From IMG/VR virus record IMGVR_UViG_2831345111_000005: 64,000 bases of DNA; one strand, written 5' to 3'. The translations under genes were made by a program, and so were the position numbers. The first letter of the stretch is position 1, and every line of letters begins with the position of its first letter. Positions 1 through 9,957 of the stretch are shown piece by piece. The notes under the pieces were generated by a model. It saw nothing but the letters and a program-made list of their open reading frames with translations. It did not search any database and was not told the DNA's origin. The stretch is from an uncultured virus (IMG/VR IMGVR_UViG_2831345111_000005). Its lineage: Duplodnaviria > Heunggongvirae > Uroviricota > Caudoviricetes.

Positions 1-576
1 ATGGCTAAAAGAAACGCTAATCAACTTGAAGCCCAGCTCATTTCCCTCGCTGGCACGTTTATCTATCTCAAGAAAATTAGAGCTGTCCTGGACCGGAAGC
101 CCTTGATACCGCGCCACATGGAAGGCGTCATGGCCAGTGTGAAGCAAGAGCTGGGTACCCTGGATACGTCTTTCGACGGTGTAGAAGAGGCTACTCGAGT
201 GGTAAGTGAAAACCTCTTGCTGGACTGGCTACATGGCTTAGGCATGTCCATAGGCGGTTCACTCACTTGTCGCGTAGGTGGGGTGGGGATTGAGGTGAGC
301 GGCAGGATTGAATCCCTGTCCTTGTTCCCAGAGCTCATGGAAGGTAATTGGCGTGCGGTGGAGGTTTTGCTGGTACCGGCCAGCGTCATGCAATGGGGCG
401 AGTCGACCAACCTTGATAAAATTGAGAAAGCCTCATCCGACACAAAGAGACTCTTTCAATCCAGAGCGCATGTGGTGAATGGCCGGGCTGAAACGGCGGT
501 AGCCGTGCGCGTGCCAATCCAAGAGCTTCAGCGAGAGCGGCTTTCCCGCAGAACAGAGTCCATCCAGATATCTTAG
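1..576 (+). CDS. hypothetical protein (true start may lie outside the window)
   Basis: 191-aa ORF, co-oriented with the next gene, which has an AGGAGA RBS. Confidence 0.6.
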   Translation: MAKRNANQLEAQLISLAGTFIYLKKIRAVLDRKPLIPRHMEGVMASVKQELGTLDTSFDGVEEATRVVSENLLLDWLHGLGMSIGGSLTCRVGGVGIEVSGRIESLSLFPELMEGNWRAVEVLLVPASVMQWGESTNLDKIEKASSDTKRLFQSRAHVVNGRAETAVAVRVPIQELQRERLSRRTESIQIS

Positions 577-586
577 GAGACGTACA

Positions 587-973
587 ATGCGACTGATACT
601 CATAGCCCTAGCGGCTGCTTTTGTCAGTGGATGCAGCCAGCTGCCTGCCATTTTCCACAAGCCATCTTCGGCGCCAGCACCTAAGGCTGCAGAAGTGAAA
701 CCGGTTTCGGCCCCCATGGTGGTTTTATCAGCCGGCCAGACGGTCAGCCTTGGGGTCGAAACTCTGGCTATCTGGGGAGAAGACCCATGTCAGCCTGGAT
801 ATTCTGGACACGACAAGCTCGAATGCATCGTCATCACAGGGAAATCCAAGGTCCGCGTGCACTTCATTCGAAATGGCATGCTCACGGTCGAAGACTGGTC
901 GGTTATTCAGGTTGGGAGTAAATACAAACTGGTAACAGGGGATGGGATTGCTGCGCGCGAAGTGTTCGAATAA
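587..973 (+). CDS. putative lipoprotein
   Basis: Hydrophobic N-terminus with lipobox VSGC; RBS AGGAGA; followed by a terminator. Confidence 0.7.
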   Translation: MRLILIALAAAFVSGCSQLPAIFHKPSSAPAPKAAEVKPVSAPMVVLSAGQTVSLGVETLAIWGEDPCQPGYSGHDKLECIVITGKSKVRVHFIRNGMLTVEDWSVIQVGSKYKLVTGDGIAAREVFE

Positions 974-987
974 CAAAACATAGACGC

Positions 988-1016
988 AAAAAAGGCCTGC
1001 AATGCAGGCCTTTTTA
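988..1016. terminator. bidirectional intrinsic terminator
   Basis: AAAAAAGGCCTGCA-A-TGCAGGCCTTTTT between convergent genes. Confidence 0.8.
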
Positions 1017-1027
1017 ATTGGTGAGGC

Positions 1028-1945
1028 TTAGTCTTTCTGCTCGCCACCCAAGGCTTCAGTGATGGCGTAGAGCAGGTTTGTATATTCCCCGGTCATAAGG
1101 GCAAATTCAGCATTGAACATGTCCTCAGCATTATCGGCATCCTGTCCGACGTCGTCACCGATGTCGAGGACGACGAGCTTCTTCAGTTCCTGCCTTTCAG
1201 TGAGTTCGAATGACACGCGGTCCTTGTAGGTCAATGCCAGTCTAGTAGGTCGCTTGCCTTGACGCAGGTGGTCGCGAACATCCTGGCCATCCAGGGAGTG
1301 ACGGACATAACGAACAGCTGCCTTTTCTTCGGCTGGAGACTTCAATTCACAGTCGCGGTCGATGGTGAAATTGAGGGGAGCCTCACCAGCGGAAAGCCAA
1401 TCGGTCATGGCGGCGCCAGGGGCGAGCTCGGTTGACCAACGGCGAACCGGAAACTCATCCAGCGCCTTGCCCAAAAGCTCGAGCACGTGGTCAGACTTGG
1501 CGCCGACGCTTGCCTCGATGACGAGCCAGCCATCCGTGGGGTTGAGCCATACGCGAGTCGTCGAGTTGCTGAGGAATGCTTTAGGCAGCAGCTCCATGCG
1601 AACGGCTTCCTTCAATTCTTTCATCTGCTTGCGACCAGGTGCATGCCCTTGTTGGTCAGTGACCTCTCGTACACGCTCAGCAAGGGCATCCTTAACCACA
1701 GCGCCGGGCAATAAACGTTTCTGCTCCTGAACTGTAATGAGGTACTGGCCCCCAACAGCATGCACTAGCGGCTCATGTGGAAGGCCGCGGGGTTGCGTAA
1801 AGCCTTTTGAGGTTTCCTGCTGGCTTGTGCAGGGTTGGAATTGGAATTTGCTCAGCTTTTCATTGAGCTCGTCAGCACTCATGTGCCAGCCTTCGCCCAA
1901 GCGAAATGCCAATGCGGCTTTGAACATCACTTTCGATTTTGCCAT
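1028..1945 (-). CDS. rdgC: recombination-associated protein RdgC
   Basis: MFK..F/FQPCTSQQETSKGF, KRLLPGAVVK, LLPKAF, GKRPTRLAL..DRVSF, AEFALMTGE motifs; ~305 aa. Confidence 0.9.
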   Translation of the reverse strand: MAKSKVMFKAALAFRLGEGWHMSADELNEKLSKFQFQPCTSQQETSKGFTQPRGLPHEPLVHAVGGQYLITVQEQKRLLPGAVVKDALAERVREVTDQQGHAPGRKQMKELKEAVRMELLPKAFLSNSTTRVWLNPTDGWLVIEASVGAKSDHVLELLGKALDEFPVRRWSTELAPGAAMTDWLSAGEAPLNFTIDRDCELKSPAEEKAAVRYVRHSLDGQDVRDHLRQGKRPTRLALTYKDRVSFELTERQELKKLVVLDIGDDVGQDADNAEDMFNAEFALMTGEYTNLLYAITEALGGEQKD

Positions 1946-2049
1946 GGTCAATCCTTTGAATTAGTGGTGAAAGGTAATCTCACGTTTCGATTAACAGTAT
2001 ACCGCGAAAAAGGCATTATTGCTATTTTATGGTATACTTAAAACATAAT

Positions 2050-2568
2050 ATGATTCCCAACAGCTATATTTATGACCCTTCTGCAGCCGCCGCAAAGGCC
2101 GTTCAGCTCGCGCGTAAGGGAAAGAGCATGCCTATGGAGGATGGTCCTGTAGGTGACTTGCTGCGTGATGCCCTGGTAGAAGGGTTGGCCGACTGGGTTA
2201 AAGCTAAAACAGGCTATGTCTATCTAGCAAGTAATCCAGGAACGACTAACCTTTATAAAATTGGGCAAACGAGAAGCTCGCTCGAGCAGAGGATGAGGTC
2301 CTTGAATGGCGCTGGAGTCTTAGTTCCTTGGCAGGCTGTCATGGCCTGGCAGGTGTATGATGCGCCTGGCTTAGAGGCGAGAATACATGCGGCTTGTGCT
2401 GACCTTCGGATTAAAGGCGAATTGTTCCAGGCCCCATGGCGTGAGCTGGTAAGTCGAATTGAACGGGCACTGCAGGAGGATAGGCAGCACCTTACGGATG
2501 TGCTTTCGCCCTACGACTTGTCTGGCTCCCTATTTTCGGTAAATCCTGTCGAACAGCTTTTGCATTAA
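2050..2568 (+). CDS. GIY-YIG-like (T5orf172/MUG113-type) domain protein; start uncertain
   Basis: GYVYL..NP...YKIGQT....R...L...GV..P, LE..IH, GELF. Confidence 0.75.
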   Translation: MIPNSYIYDPSAAAAKAVQLARKGKSMPMEDGPVGDLLRDALVEGLADWVKAKTGYVYLASNPGTTNLYKIGQTRSSLEQRMRSLNGAGVLVPWQAVMAWQVYDAPGLEARIHAACADLRIKGELFQAPWRELVSRIERALQEDRQHLTDVLSPYDLSGSLFSVNPVEQLLH

Positions 2569-2717
2569 TTCCCCCTGACGCAGCACTCAGGGTTGAGGCA
2601 TATACTAAGTGCCGGCATAGCTAGTTAGATTGTTAACTGTCAACCCATGTCATTGCATTCACGTTAACAATTTGGCTGCCTGCTTCAGGCAACCTCAAAT
2701 CATAAAAAGGATGTTGT

Positions 2718-2960
2718 ATGAAAAAATTGCTGTCCCTCCTCGCACTTGCTCTCATTTCTACCAGTGTGTTTGCCGCAGAACCGGCGGCTGCCGGAGCAAA
2801 GGCGGGTGTGACTACTGAAGTGGCTAAGCCCGCAGACCTCAAGCCTGTTAAGCCTGAAGTAGTCAAAGTGCCTGCTGTTAAGGTAAAGGCTAAAAAGGTG
2901 TCTGCGGCAAAGGCTGAGAGTGCTGGTGTGCCCAGCGCAAAAGCAGTCCAACCCAAATAA
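2718..2960 (+). CDS. small secreted Lys/Ala/Pro-rich protein
   Basis: Signal peptide MKKLLSLL...VFA; AAGGA RBS. Confidence 0.7.
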   Translation: MKKLLSLLALALISTSVFAAEPAAAGAKAGVTTEVAKPADLKPVKPEVVKVPAVKVKAKKVSAAKAESAGVPSAKAVQPK

Positions 2961-3089
2961 CACGTCTAAACCATAAGGGCCATGGGTAATTCCATGGCCT
3001 TTACCTTTAAAATGGCCTTGCCATATAGTCTTTATTGTGATATAGTGCAACCACACTGTAATTCTTCAAAACAATATTAAGGAAATATT

Positions 3090-3578
3090 ATGCGTAAAGG
3101 TTTGATTGGTATCACCATGGCTTTCGCTTTCACCGCGCATGCGTATGCGGGTGACGCAAATCCTGTCGATATGGCGCACCAGGTTGGATTTACGGGGTGT
3201 GATAATCTCATCACTGATACTTTCGAGTTTGCGCTGAAGGCGAATAACCGGCGCGTTGGTACCAAGTTTTTCGATGAGTCCAAAAAAACCAATCTCACCA
3301 TCATTGCTTCCTTCGGCGACCCGGGTGATATCGTCACGACTACCGCCAGCTTTCATAAGTCCGCCGGCAAATGCATTGTTCAGCGCGAAGATATTCTCGC
3401 TGAGAAGGGTGTCTGCTCTGATATGTTGATGCGTGATAAGTACTTCAAGTTCAAGGACGAAATTGGCGGCGTCGTTATCGCTGAAAATGCAGGGGGTGTC
3501 GAAAAGCGATTGATGCAGGTTGAAGACGTTTGTCTTCAAGCGTACTACCGCGGTAATTCGATGCCGCTCCAACACTAA
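3090..3578 (+). CDS. secreted hypothetical protein
   Basis: Signal peptide ending AHAYA; AAGGA RBS; terminator at ~3593-3619. Confidence 0.7.
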   Translation: MRKGLIGITMAFAFTAHAYAGDANPVDMAHQVGFTGCDNLITDTFEFALKANNRRVGTKFFDESKKTNLTIIASFGDPGDIVTTTASFHKSAGKCIVQREDILAEKGVCSDMLMRDKYFKFKDEIGGVVIAENAGGVEKRLMQVEDVCLQAYYRGNSMPLQH

Positions 3579-3744
3579 GCCTTACATTGTAGAAAAAGCC
3601 GCAAAATGCGGCTTTTTTTATTTCTGGTGGACGCACCAGTCCTCGTTCAAATTGACGTTTTATATATTGATTGGTATACTAATATATTCAATGAATACCG
3701 TGAGCTATACCTGCCTGTAGGGCAAATTTTTTCACGGAGGGTAT

Positions 3745-4224
3745 ATGAAATCAATCACTGGCAATTTAATTAAACTAGCCAAAGCGGGACATTTCGATGT
3801 CATCGTTCATGGCTGCAATTGTTTTTGCACAATGGGTAAGGGGATTGCTAAATCCATTAAGGATGAGTTTCCCTTGGCTTATGAGGCGGACTGCCAGACG
3901 AAGTATGGCGACCGCAATAAGCTGGGCACCTTTACGCAAGCTTTTATCGCGGAACGTCCTTTTGCCTTCACGGTCGTCAACGCATATACGCAGTTCGACT
4001 ACCGAGGGGCAAATAACGCTGACTATGCTGCAATCAGGAAGGCGTTTCGAGCAATCAAGGGAAGCTTTCCTAATGCTCGAATTGGCTACCCAATGATTGG
4101 CGCTGGATTGGCGCAAGGCGACTGGTCAGTCATTTCCGGCATTATTGATGAAGAACTTGCTGGGGAAGACCATACCTTGGTCGTCTTCGACGGCGCGCCT
4201 GTCCGGAGGGGTTATGGCCGATAA
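3745..4224 (+). CDS. macrodomain (Appr-1''-p processing) ADP-ribosyl hydrolase, phage type
   Basis: GNL...IVHGCNCFCTMGKGIA, VNAYTQ, YPMIGAGLAQGDW. Confidence 0.9.
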   Translation: MKSITGNLIKLAKAGHFDVIVHGCNCFCTMGKGIAKSIKDEFPLAYEADCQTKYGDRNKLGTFTQAFIAERPFAFTVVNAYTQFDYRGANNADYAAIRKAFRAIKGSFPNARIGYPMIGAGLAQGDWSVISGIIDEELAGEDHTLVVFDGAPVRRGYGR

Positions 4225-5542
4225 GATGTTTTATGCCGGTATCGGCTCTCGTGAGACGCCGGCGCATGTTATGCGCTTGATGGTGTCCCTCGCGCGAGTT
4301 CTGGCTGGCTTTGGCTATGTCTTGAGGTCAGGTGCTGCAGATGGGGCTGATTCGGCCTTTGAAGCCGGTTGTGAGGCTGCGCAGGGGGAATCTGAAATCT
4401 GGTTGCCTTGGCGAGGATTCAATAACCACGCTGATACAGGTTTTTACCCCTCTGCGGAGCACGAAAGCATCGCGGCTACCGCGCATCCTGCATGGGAAAA
4501 GTTGTCTCGTGGACCTCGTGCACTGCACAGCAGAAATGTTGGGCAAGTGCTGGGCGCCGACTGCAAAACTCCCGTCAAGTTCGTTCTGTGCTGGACCGCG
4601 GATGGGTGTGAGCATGAATCGACACGCACATCTTCGACCGGTGGGACAGCGACAGCTATCGTTATCGCCAGCCGTATGGCCCTGCCGGTGGTTAACCTGG
4701 CCAACCCGAAAGCTCTGGAGCTCCTCGAGGAATTCCTTGGTTTGGATTTAAGGGTGGCTATTACAGAACTTACCGACGCAGACGCTCTTCGAGCTGAGTT
4801 GGCCTGTTCTCCAGGCATCAACATCTATAGCGGTGAAAAGGGTCTTGGCGGCGCATTGACGAACATGTCAGAGCGTGCGCGAGATAAGGGCTGCATCCGT
4901 CACAGTTATCCTGTGACGATTAATGGCCTGACCTATCCAGACTCCGAGGCTGCATACCAGGCCTTAAAACGGCCCGGGGATGCGCAGTACAACGATGGTT
5001 TGATGGTCGATATCATCTGCCTCAAGTTTCTGCAAAATCCGAAGCTGCAGGCACTGGTCACCCAGCGTGGCGGCGTCTCCTGGTTGGCACGCTGTAGCCA
5101 TATAACGGGAGCGAAATCTCCGGGATTCCAATCCTGGGAGGGGCAGGGAATCAATTCCCGCTTCATTCGCAACCTGATTCATGGCTATCAGAAGTCGTTG
5201 ACCAATGAAGGTCCTGAAACACGAGTGGTTCACGTCAAGGAAGCGCCGTATGACGTCTATATCGGTCGTGCCAATGGCAGCCTGGAAGAATCAATCTGGG
5301 CTAACCCTTGGGTGATTGGTAAAGACGGTACGCGTGACGATGTATTGCGCAAGTACTACCAACATGCGAGTACGAATCGAAAGCTTATGAGCAAAATTCA
5401 TGAGCTGAGATTCAAGACGCTGGCTTGCTGGTGTAACTCTCGTGCGGAACCCGATACCCAATGCCATGGGCACATTCTGGCGGCTTTAGCAGATGGCCGT
5501 CCATGGTCCCTGCCTGAGCCTGCTCAAAAAAGCTTGTTTTAA
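4214..5542 (+). CDS. SLOG/DprA-like + NADAR-like + DUF4326-like fusion protein
   Basis: N-term YAGIGSRETP..LRSGAADGAD..GGTATA; middle YP...G.TY.DSEAAYQALK..M....KFLQNPKL; C-term DVYIGR..WANPW..L.CWC...CHG. ATG at 4214 follows GGAGG. Confidence 0.75.
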   Translation: MADKMFYAGIGSRETPAHVMRLMVSLARVLAGFGYVLRSGAADGADSAFEAGCEAAQGESEIWLPWRGFNNHADTGFYPSAEHESIAATAHPAWEKLSRGPRALHSRNVGQVLGADCKTPVKFVLCWTADGCEHESTRTSSTGGTATAIVIASRMALPVVNLANPKALELLEEFLGLDLRVAITELTDADALRAELACSPGINIYSGEKGLGGALTNMSERARDKGCIRHSYPVTINGLTYPDSEAAYQALKRPGDAQYNDGLMVDIICLKFLQNPKLQALVTQRGGVSWLARCSHITGAKSPGFQSWEGQGINSRFIRNLIHGYQKSLTNEGPETRVVHVKEAPYDVYIGRANGSLEESIWANPWVIGKDGTRDDVLRKYYQHASTNRKLMSKIHELRFKTLACWCNSRAEPDTQCHGHILAALADGRPWSLPEPAQKSLF

Positions 5543-5557
5543 TAATCGAGGAATAAC

Positions 5558-6172
5558 ATGCGTAAATTCATTTCATTTGAAGGTATCGACGGCGCGGGCA
5601 AGAGTAGTCACATCCCCTGGATGGCCGACCTTTTGCGTGGCGCAGGCAAGTCGGTGGTTGTGAGCCGTGAGCCTGGCGGTACCCCACTTGGCGAGCGTTT
5701 GCGTGCCATGTTGTTGGGTGAGCCCATGTCGATTGATACAGAGTTGCTGTTGATGACGGCGGCGCGTGCTGAGCACCTGGCGCAGGTCATCCAGCCGGCG
5801 CTCGACCGCGGGGATATCGTTCTATGCGACCGCTTCCACGACAGCTCCTACGCGTTTCAGGGTGGCGGCCGGGGTATCAGCCTCGACCGACTGGAATCGC
5901 TGGATAAGTGGTGCGGCGGCGCACGTCCAGACCTGACCTTCCTATTTGATGTGCCCACGGCGGAGGCCCAGCGGCGCATGGATGGAAGTCGGGACCAAAA
6001 GGACCGGTTTGAGACTGAGGCAGAAGGCTTTCATGCTGCGGTACGCCGCGTGTATCTGGAGCGTGCGGCAGCAGAGCCTGGTCGTGTGGTCGTTATCGAT
6101 TCCACCCAGGCCATTGATGCTATCCGCGCTGAGCTCTCGGGTCATGTTCAAAAACTTGTTTTAGGGGAGTAA
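5558..6172 (+). CDS. tmk: thymidylate kinase
   Basis: FISFEGIDGAGKS, REPGGT, CDRF.DSS.AFQG, PDLT. Confidence 0.95.
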   Translation: MRKFISFEGIDGAGKSSHIPWMADLLRGAGKSVVVSREPGGTPLGERLRAMLLGEPMSIDTELLLMTAARAEHLAQVIQPALDRGDIVLCDRFHDSSYAFQGGGRGISLDRLESLDKWCGGARPDLTFLFDVPTAEAQRRMDGSRDQKDRFETEAEGFHAAVRRVYLERAAAEPGRVVVIDSTQAIDAIRAELSGHVQKLVLGE

Positions 6173-6176
6173 TTCT

Positions 6177-6887
6177 ATGAGAAGTATTTTGGGTTTGACC
6201 GGGCTGCGTGGCTCGGGCAAGGATACGGTGGCTAAGATGTTGCTGGCCAACGGGTGGAAGCGCTTGTCGTTCGGAGACGCGATTTATATCGAAGTCTCCG
6301 AAGCGTATGGCGTGTCTATCGATTTCTTGCAGAACCGGGACACCAAAGAGCTGCCGCTCGAGCGTATGGCGCTGAAGTATTGCACCAACCTCGAGTTCGT
6401 GGATGTTTTCCTGGCAGATGCTGGCTATAAGAAGTCGCTTCGCCGGGCGCTAAACGAGGACAAGGTGCTTGCTCGGCCTGGTATGCGTCGCCGACTAAAG
6501 AAAGCGCTTTCGAAGCCGCTTTCACCTCGCAAGGTCCTGCAGATTTGGGGGACCGAGTATCGGCGCGTGGTGTACCGCGACGACTACTGGCGCGAGCAAG
6601 TGCGCCTGGCCATCGTTGCGGAGCCTAATACCAACTTCGTGATTACCGACGTTCGATATCCGGATGAAGGGGAAATGTTGCGAAATATGGGCGCATCAAT
6701 CGCTAGGGTATCGCGACCAGGGTTGGGTGGTGCCGATGACCCGGGGCTGCAGCATCAATCGGAAACGATGATGCTGAATTACCCGGTCGATACCACCTTC
6801 ATCAATGAGGAGGGTGCGCAAGGCCTCGCCAAGCTGGAAGCCGTGGTACATAATACGTTGCTGCCAACGCTCGCGAAAGCGGCTTGA
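6177..6887 (+). CDS. deoxynucleoside monophosphate kinase (T4 gp1-like)
   Basis: GLTGLRGSGKDT, SFGD, PR..LQ.WGTE..R, VITDVRYPDE, H.SE. Confidence 0.85.
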   Translation: MRSILGLTGLRGSGKDTVAKMLLANGWKRLSFGDAIYIEVSEAYGVSIDFLQNRDTKELPLERMALKYCTNLEFVDVFLADAGYKKSLRRALNEDKVLARPGMRRRLKKALSKPLSPRKVLQIWGTEYRRVVYRDDYWREQVRLAIVAEPNTNFVITDVRYPDEGEMLRNMGASIARVSRPGLGGADDPGLQHQSETMMLNYPVDTTFINEEGAQGLAKLEAVVHNTLLPTLAKAA

Positions 6888-7075
6888 CGGGCGACTCACT
6901 CAACGCCTATAGGGATTTATCCCTGTAGGCGTTTTCTATTGCAACTTGCGCTAATAGCCATATTTATGTATACTAAATTCAGTACCGAAAGCACCGCGCA
7001 TCAAGTCAGAATTGCCATTTAGCGCGGAAGTGGCCTGGCTTGCTGCGTTTGATTAACCTTCAATGCAGGCCCATT

Positions 7076-7474
7076 ATGCACCACGCTATTCTTTATTCGC
7101 CAGCCGCCCAAGGACTACCAAACATTTCTTGGCATGCTGCACAAGCACCAGCGCACAAACCAGAAGCAGGAACCCTGCAAGTATTCCTTGCTGACGGCAG
7201 CACATTCTTTCTCGATGCAAAAAAAGTCCTCATCCAAGCTGCCGAAAAGGTGGCAATACAAGGCATCTCGCCTGCGCAGCACCTGGAACATCAAATCATT
7301 CCAGCCGTAAAACTGGAACCAGGCCTTCTCCTCACTATTACGAGGCAAATGGCCTGGCAGGATGTCCTTGCAATGGCGCATGGCCAATCCTGGCGCACTC
7401 CCATAGCGGTAACCGGCCCATCACTGTGGAGAACAGCTCAGGTATCCATGGCGCGCAGCCCAAGCCTCCACTAA
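7076..7474 (+). CDS. hypothetical protein
   Basis: ORF in gene-dense + strand context. Confidence 0.45.
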   Translation: MHHAILYSPAAQGLPNISWHAAQAPAHKPEAGTLQVFLADGSTFFLDAKKVLIQAAEKVAIQGISPAQHLEHQIIPAVKLEPGLLLTITRQMAWQDVLAMAHGQSWRTPIAVTGPSLWRTAQVSMARSPSLH

Positions 7475-7771
7475 AGTAAGTTAACATTTTCAGCAGAAAC
7501 TACTTGACAATATGCTAACTTTTAGGTATTATACTAACCATGGATTGCAGCAAAGGTTCGCTGCTCAAGTTTCTGCTGTTGTTTCCTCCGCGGTCCTAGC
7601 AAGACCATCCTGGCGGTAGAGTTTCGGCTCCCACTAGGCTCAGCCCGGTGCTTATTCGTAAGCTCCGGGCTTTTTTTATTATATTTTCAATCCGTACCAT
7701 GCTGGTTTGACGTCTGTGAGCTATACGCTAGTACAGCTACCTTATAGGCTGGATAACTGAGAGGAAATATC

Positions 7772-7870
7772 ATGCCTGATTTCGTTGATTTGGAAGATTT
7801 CGCTTTTGCTCTGGAACAAAATGGTCAAGGCGGCGAAATGCTTAGCTTCGAACCCAGCGAGGAAGAATAA
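7772..7870 (+). CDS. small acidic protein (32 aa; not in the ORF track)
   Basis: GAGGA RBS, MPDFVDLEDFAFALEQNGQGGEMLSFEPSEEE*, terminator-like hairpin follows. Confidence 0.55.
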   Translation: MPDFVDLEDFAFALEQNGQGGEMLSFEPSEEE

Positions 7871-8015
7871 CACATAACTTCTTACTAGCCCTCTGATGCT
7901 TCAGGGGGCTTTTTGCATTCTATGCTATACTTTTCCGCAGGAACATAATCTATTAACAGTCATTGTCTACTGGGTCACCCCCGGTGGGCATCACTTTTAT
8001 TTGAGGAAACATATC

Positions 8016-8846
8016 ATGGAAAAGAAAGTAGCTCAGCCTGAAACTCCCGATTGGTACTCGCTCCTGGATGAAGCTATCAAGGAGCCTGGTCAATTGGCAG
8101 CAGCACACAAGTTCTTCCACAAGTACAGCCTGGTCAATCGCTGGTTAGCCTCCAGTCAACTGCGCCATATGGGGCTCCCGCTTACGCCTATCAACACCTA
8201 TGGTACGCGTGACAAGGAATCCGGCGAAGGTAAGTCTGGCTGGCTGGCCCTCAAGCGCCAGGTGAAGAAGGGTGAGACCGCAAGCATCGCGCTTATCATG
8301 CCGGTGCCGGTTAAACGTACGGTCGAAAAGGAGGATGGAACGGAAGAGCGCGTCGTTGCGTTCAATCGCTTCATCCTGCGCAAGCAGTGGTTCCACATGG
8401 GGCAAACCGAAGGCGATGAAGTTGTCGTCGAGGCAAGCGCCGGGGATTGGCTGATGTCGTCTGCACTGGATTTCCTGGAAGTGACCGAGGTCCCTTTCAC
8501 GTTCACCAGTGTAACTGACACCCGTCTTGGCTTTGCGGAAGGCAGGACCATTGCGGTATCACCACTCGAAACCAATCCGACCTACGGTCGCATTCGCCAA
8601 TTGGCACGTGTCGTTCTGGGTCACACTGCCGAGACGCTCGGCAAGAATGTCCCAGAAGATGCCGCCATGCAGCAGGTTGAGGCGGAGACTACGGCTTACC
8701 TGGTTGGTGCGACGTTAGGCTTCTCTGGTCTCGAAACCACGCGTGCCGAGCTCCAGGCTGCCCTGGAAGGCAAACGTATTCCGGATAAGTTGGCTCAGCA
8801 TGCATTCGCTGCAGCAGACCGAATCCTGAACGCGGGGCTGTGCTAA
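8016..8846 (+). CDS. ArdC-like ssDNA-binding/antirestriction protein
   Basis: FHKYSL.N..L, W....RQVKKGE, E.EAE..AY.V; the metalloprotease HE..H motif is degenerate (RQLARVVLGH). Confidence 0.65.
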   Translation: MEKKVAQPETPDWYSLLDEAIKEPGQLAAAHKFFHKYSLVNRWLASSQLRHMGLPLTPINTYGTRDKESGEGKSGWLALKRQVKKGETASIALIMPVPVKRTVEKEDGTEERVVAFNRFILRKQWFHMGQTEGDEVVVEASAGDWLMSSALDFLEVTEVPFTFTSVTDTRLGFAEGRTIAVSPLETNPTYGRIRQLARVVLGHTAETLGKNVPEDAAMQQVEAETTAYLVGATLGFSGLETTRAELQAALEGKRIPDKLAQHAFAAADRILNAGLC

Positions 8847-8848
8847 TC

Positions 8849-9139
8849 ATGAAGGGAACACTCTTCATTGTGCCGGCACTCACCGACCAGGCAGGGCAAT
8901 GCACTATTGTGGGCTATCCCGGAAGGGATTACCCCGGTAAGAGCGCGCTCAATAGCTACCGCACCTTTCCGCATCTTTGGAAGGATGTTGGCCTCATGAA
9001 CTCCAGTGGAAAGTTGGTTTGCCTCGACGCGCAGTATGGCGCTTGTGGCGGAGCTGACGAACTGCGTGCGTGTGAGCCTTTAATGGCCGGGCTGGAGTTT
9101 GATGTTGACCTCGCTGACCCGGATGGAGGACTGGAATGA
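8849..9139 (+). CDS. hypothetical protein
   Basis: ORF tightly coupled to its neighbours. Confidence 0.6.
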   Translation: MKGTLFIVPALTDQAGQCTIVGYPGRDYPGKSALNSYRTFPHLWKDVGLMNSSGKLVCLDAQYGACGGADELRACEPLMAGLEFDVDLADPDGGLE

Positions 9140-9291
9140 AAGCCATTGTTCTGGTCCACCGAGACGGCGGTCGTCATCTCGCCTTTGTTAAAGACAGCAA
9201 GTTCGATACGCAAGCCTGGGCAAGTTCGCCATCCAGGAAGGCGTCGTTCAATTTGCTGGGCATCGTCAAGGTCGAGGAGCACTACCATTGA
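9136..9291 (+). CDS. small hypothetical protein (51 aa)
   Basis: ATGA overlap with the upstream stop; GGAGG RBS. Confidence 0.5.
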   Translation: MKAIVLVHRDGGRHLAFVKDSKFDTQAWASSPSRKASFNLLGIVKVEEHYH

Positions 9292-9401
9292 AGGCGCTGG
9301 CTTGGGTCATCGCAGTGGTGATGGTAACCCTTGAGTGGCTGACACCTAAGTGGCTCTGGCTGAAGTTCTGGCTATGGGTCGCCCGAAGGAAAGGATGGTA
9401 A
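9288..9401 (+). CDS. small Trp-rich membrane peptide (TTG start, 37 aa)
   Basis: GAGGAG RBS, overlap coupling, hydrophobic KALAWVIAVVMVTLEWLTPKWLWLKFWLWVARRKGW. Confidence 0.45.
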   Translation: MKALAWVIAVVMVTLEWLTPKWLWLKFWLWVARRKGW

Positions 9402-9403
9402 TC

Positions 9404-9826
9404 ATGATTCTCTTTGTTTGCAGCCAGGGAAAAATCCGCAGCCGTACCGCGGAGGTCATTGCAGTCATGGGCGGCGTTCATGCCCGTAGCTGTGGAACCG
9501 ATAAAGACGCCTTGGCGCCTATCACCAACGCATTATTGCGTGCGGCCGACACCATCATTTGCATGGAGCAGTCGCATGTAAAAGAGGTGAAGGAGTACAT
9601 GGGGGCCGAAGGTAAAAACATCGTTTCCCTTGGCATCGAGGATGTCTGGAACCCGTTTGACCCGATGCTCATCGAGCGTTTGATTTTGTTCGTTCGACAC
9701 CGGCTCGGGGATGACGTACTCTCATCGAGAATGCAACTTGGTCACCAGCGCATGCTGGCTGCCGGTATCGACTTCTTCGATGGCGGCGTTATTTCAGGGG
9801 CAAGCGAACTCGCTTTATTTCACTAG
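9404..9826 (+). CDS. low-molecular-weight protein-tyrosine-phosphatase-like protein
   Basis: ILFVCSQGKIRSRTAE (CX5R), AD.IICME..H, LGIED. Confidence 0.8.
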   Translation: MILFVCSQGKIRSRTAEVIAVMGGVHARSCGTDKDALAPITNALLRAADTIICMEQSHVKEVKEYMGAEGKNIVSLGIEDVWNPFDPMLIERLILFVRHRLGDDVLSSRMQLGHQRMLAAGIDFFDGGVISGASELALFH

Positions 9827-9957
9827 ACTGCATCATCTCAACCGCTCGGCTTCCCGGGCGGTTTTTCATTGCCAGAAGCCGTCAAATAAGAAAACCCAGT
9901 CCGAAGACTGGGTTTAAGAGATTAGGTTAAGTTTATGCTATAACCTGTTGTTATGTA

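Noticed and set aside
9136..9401. Frameshifted single gene
   Set aside because: Better explained as two coupled small ORFs, each with its own RBS.
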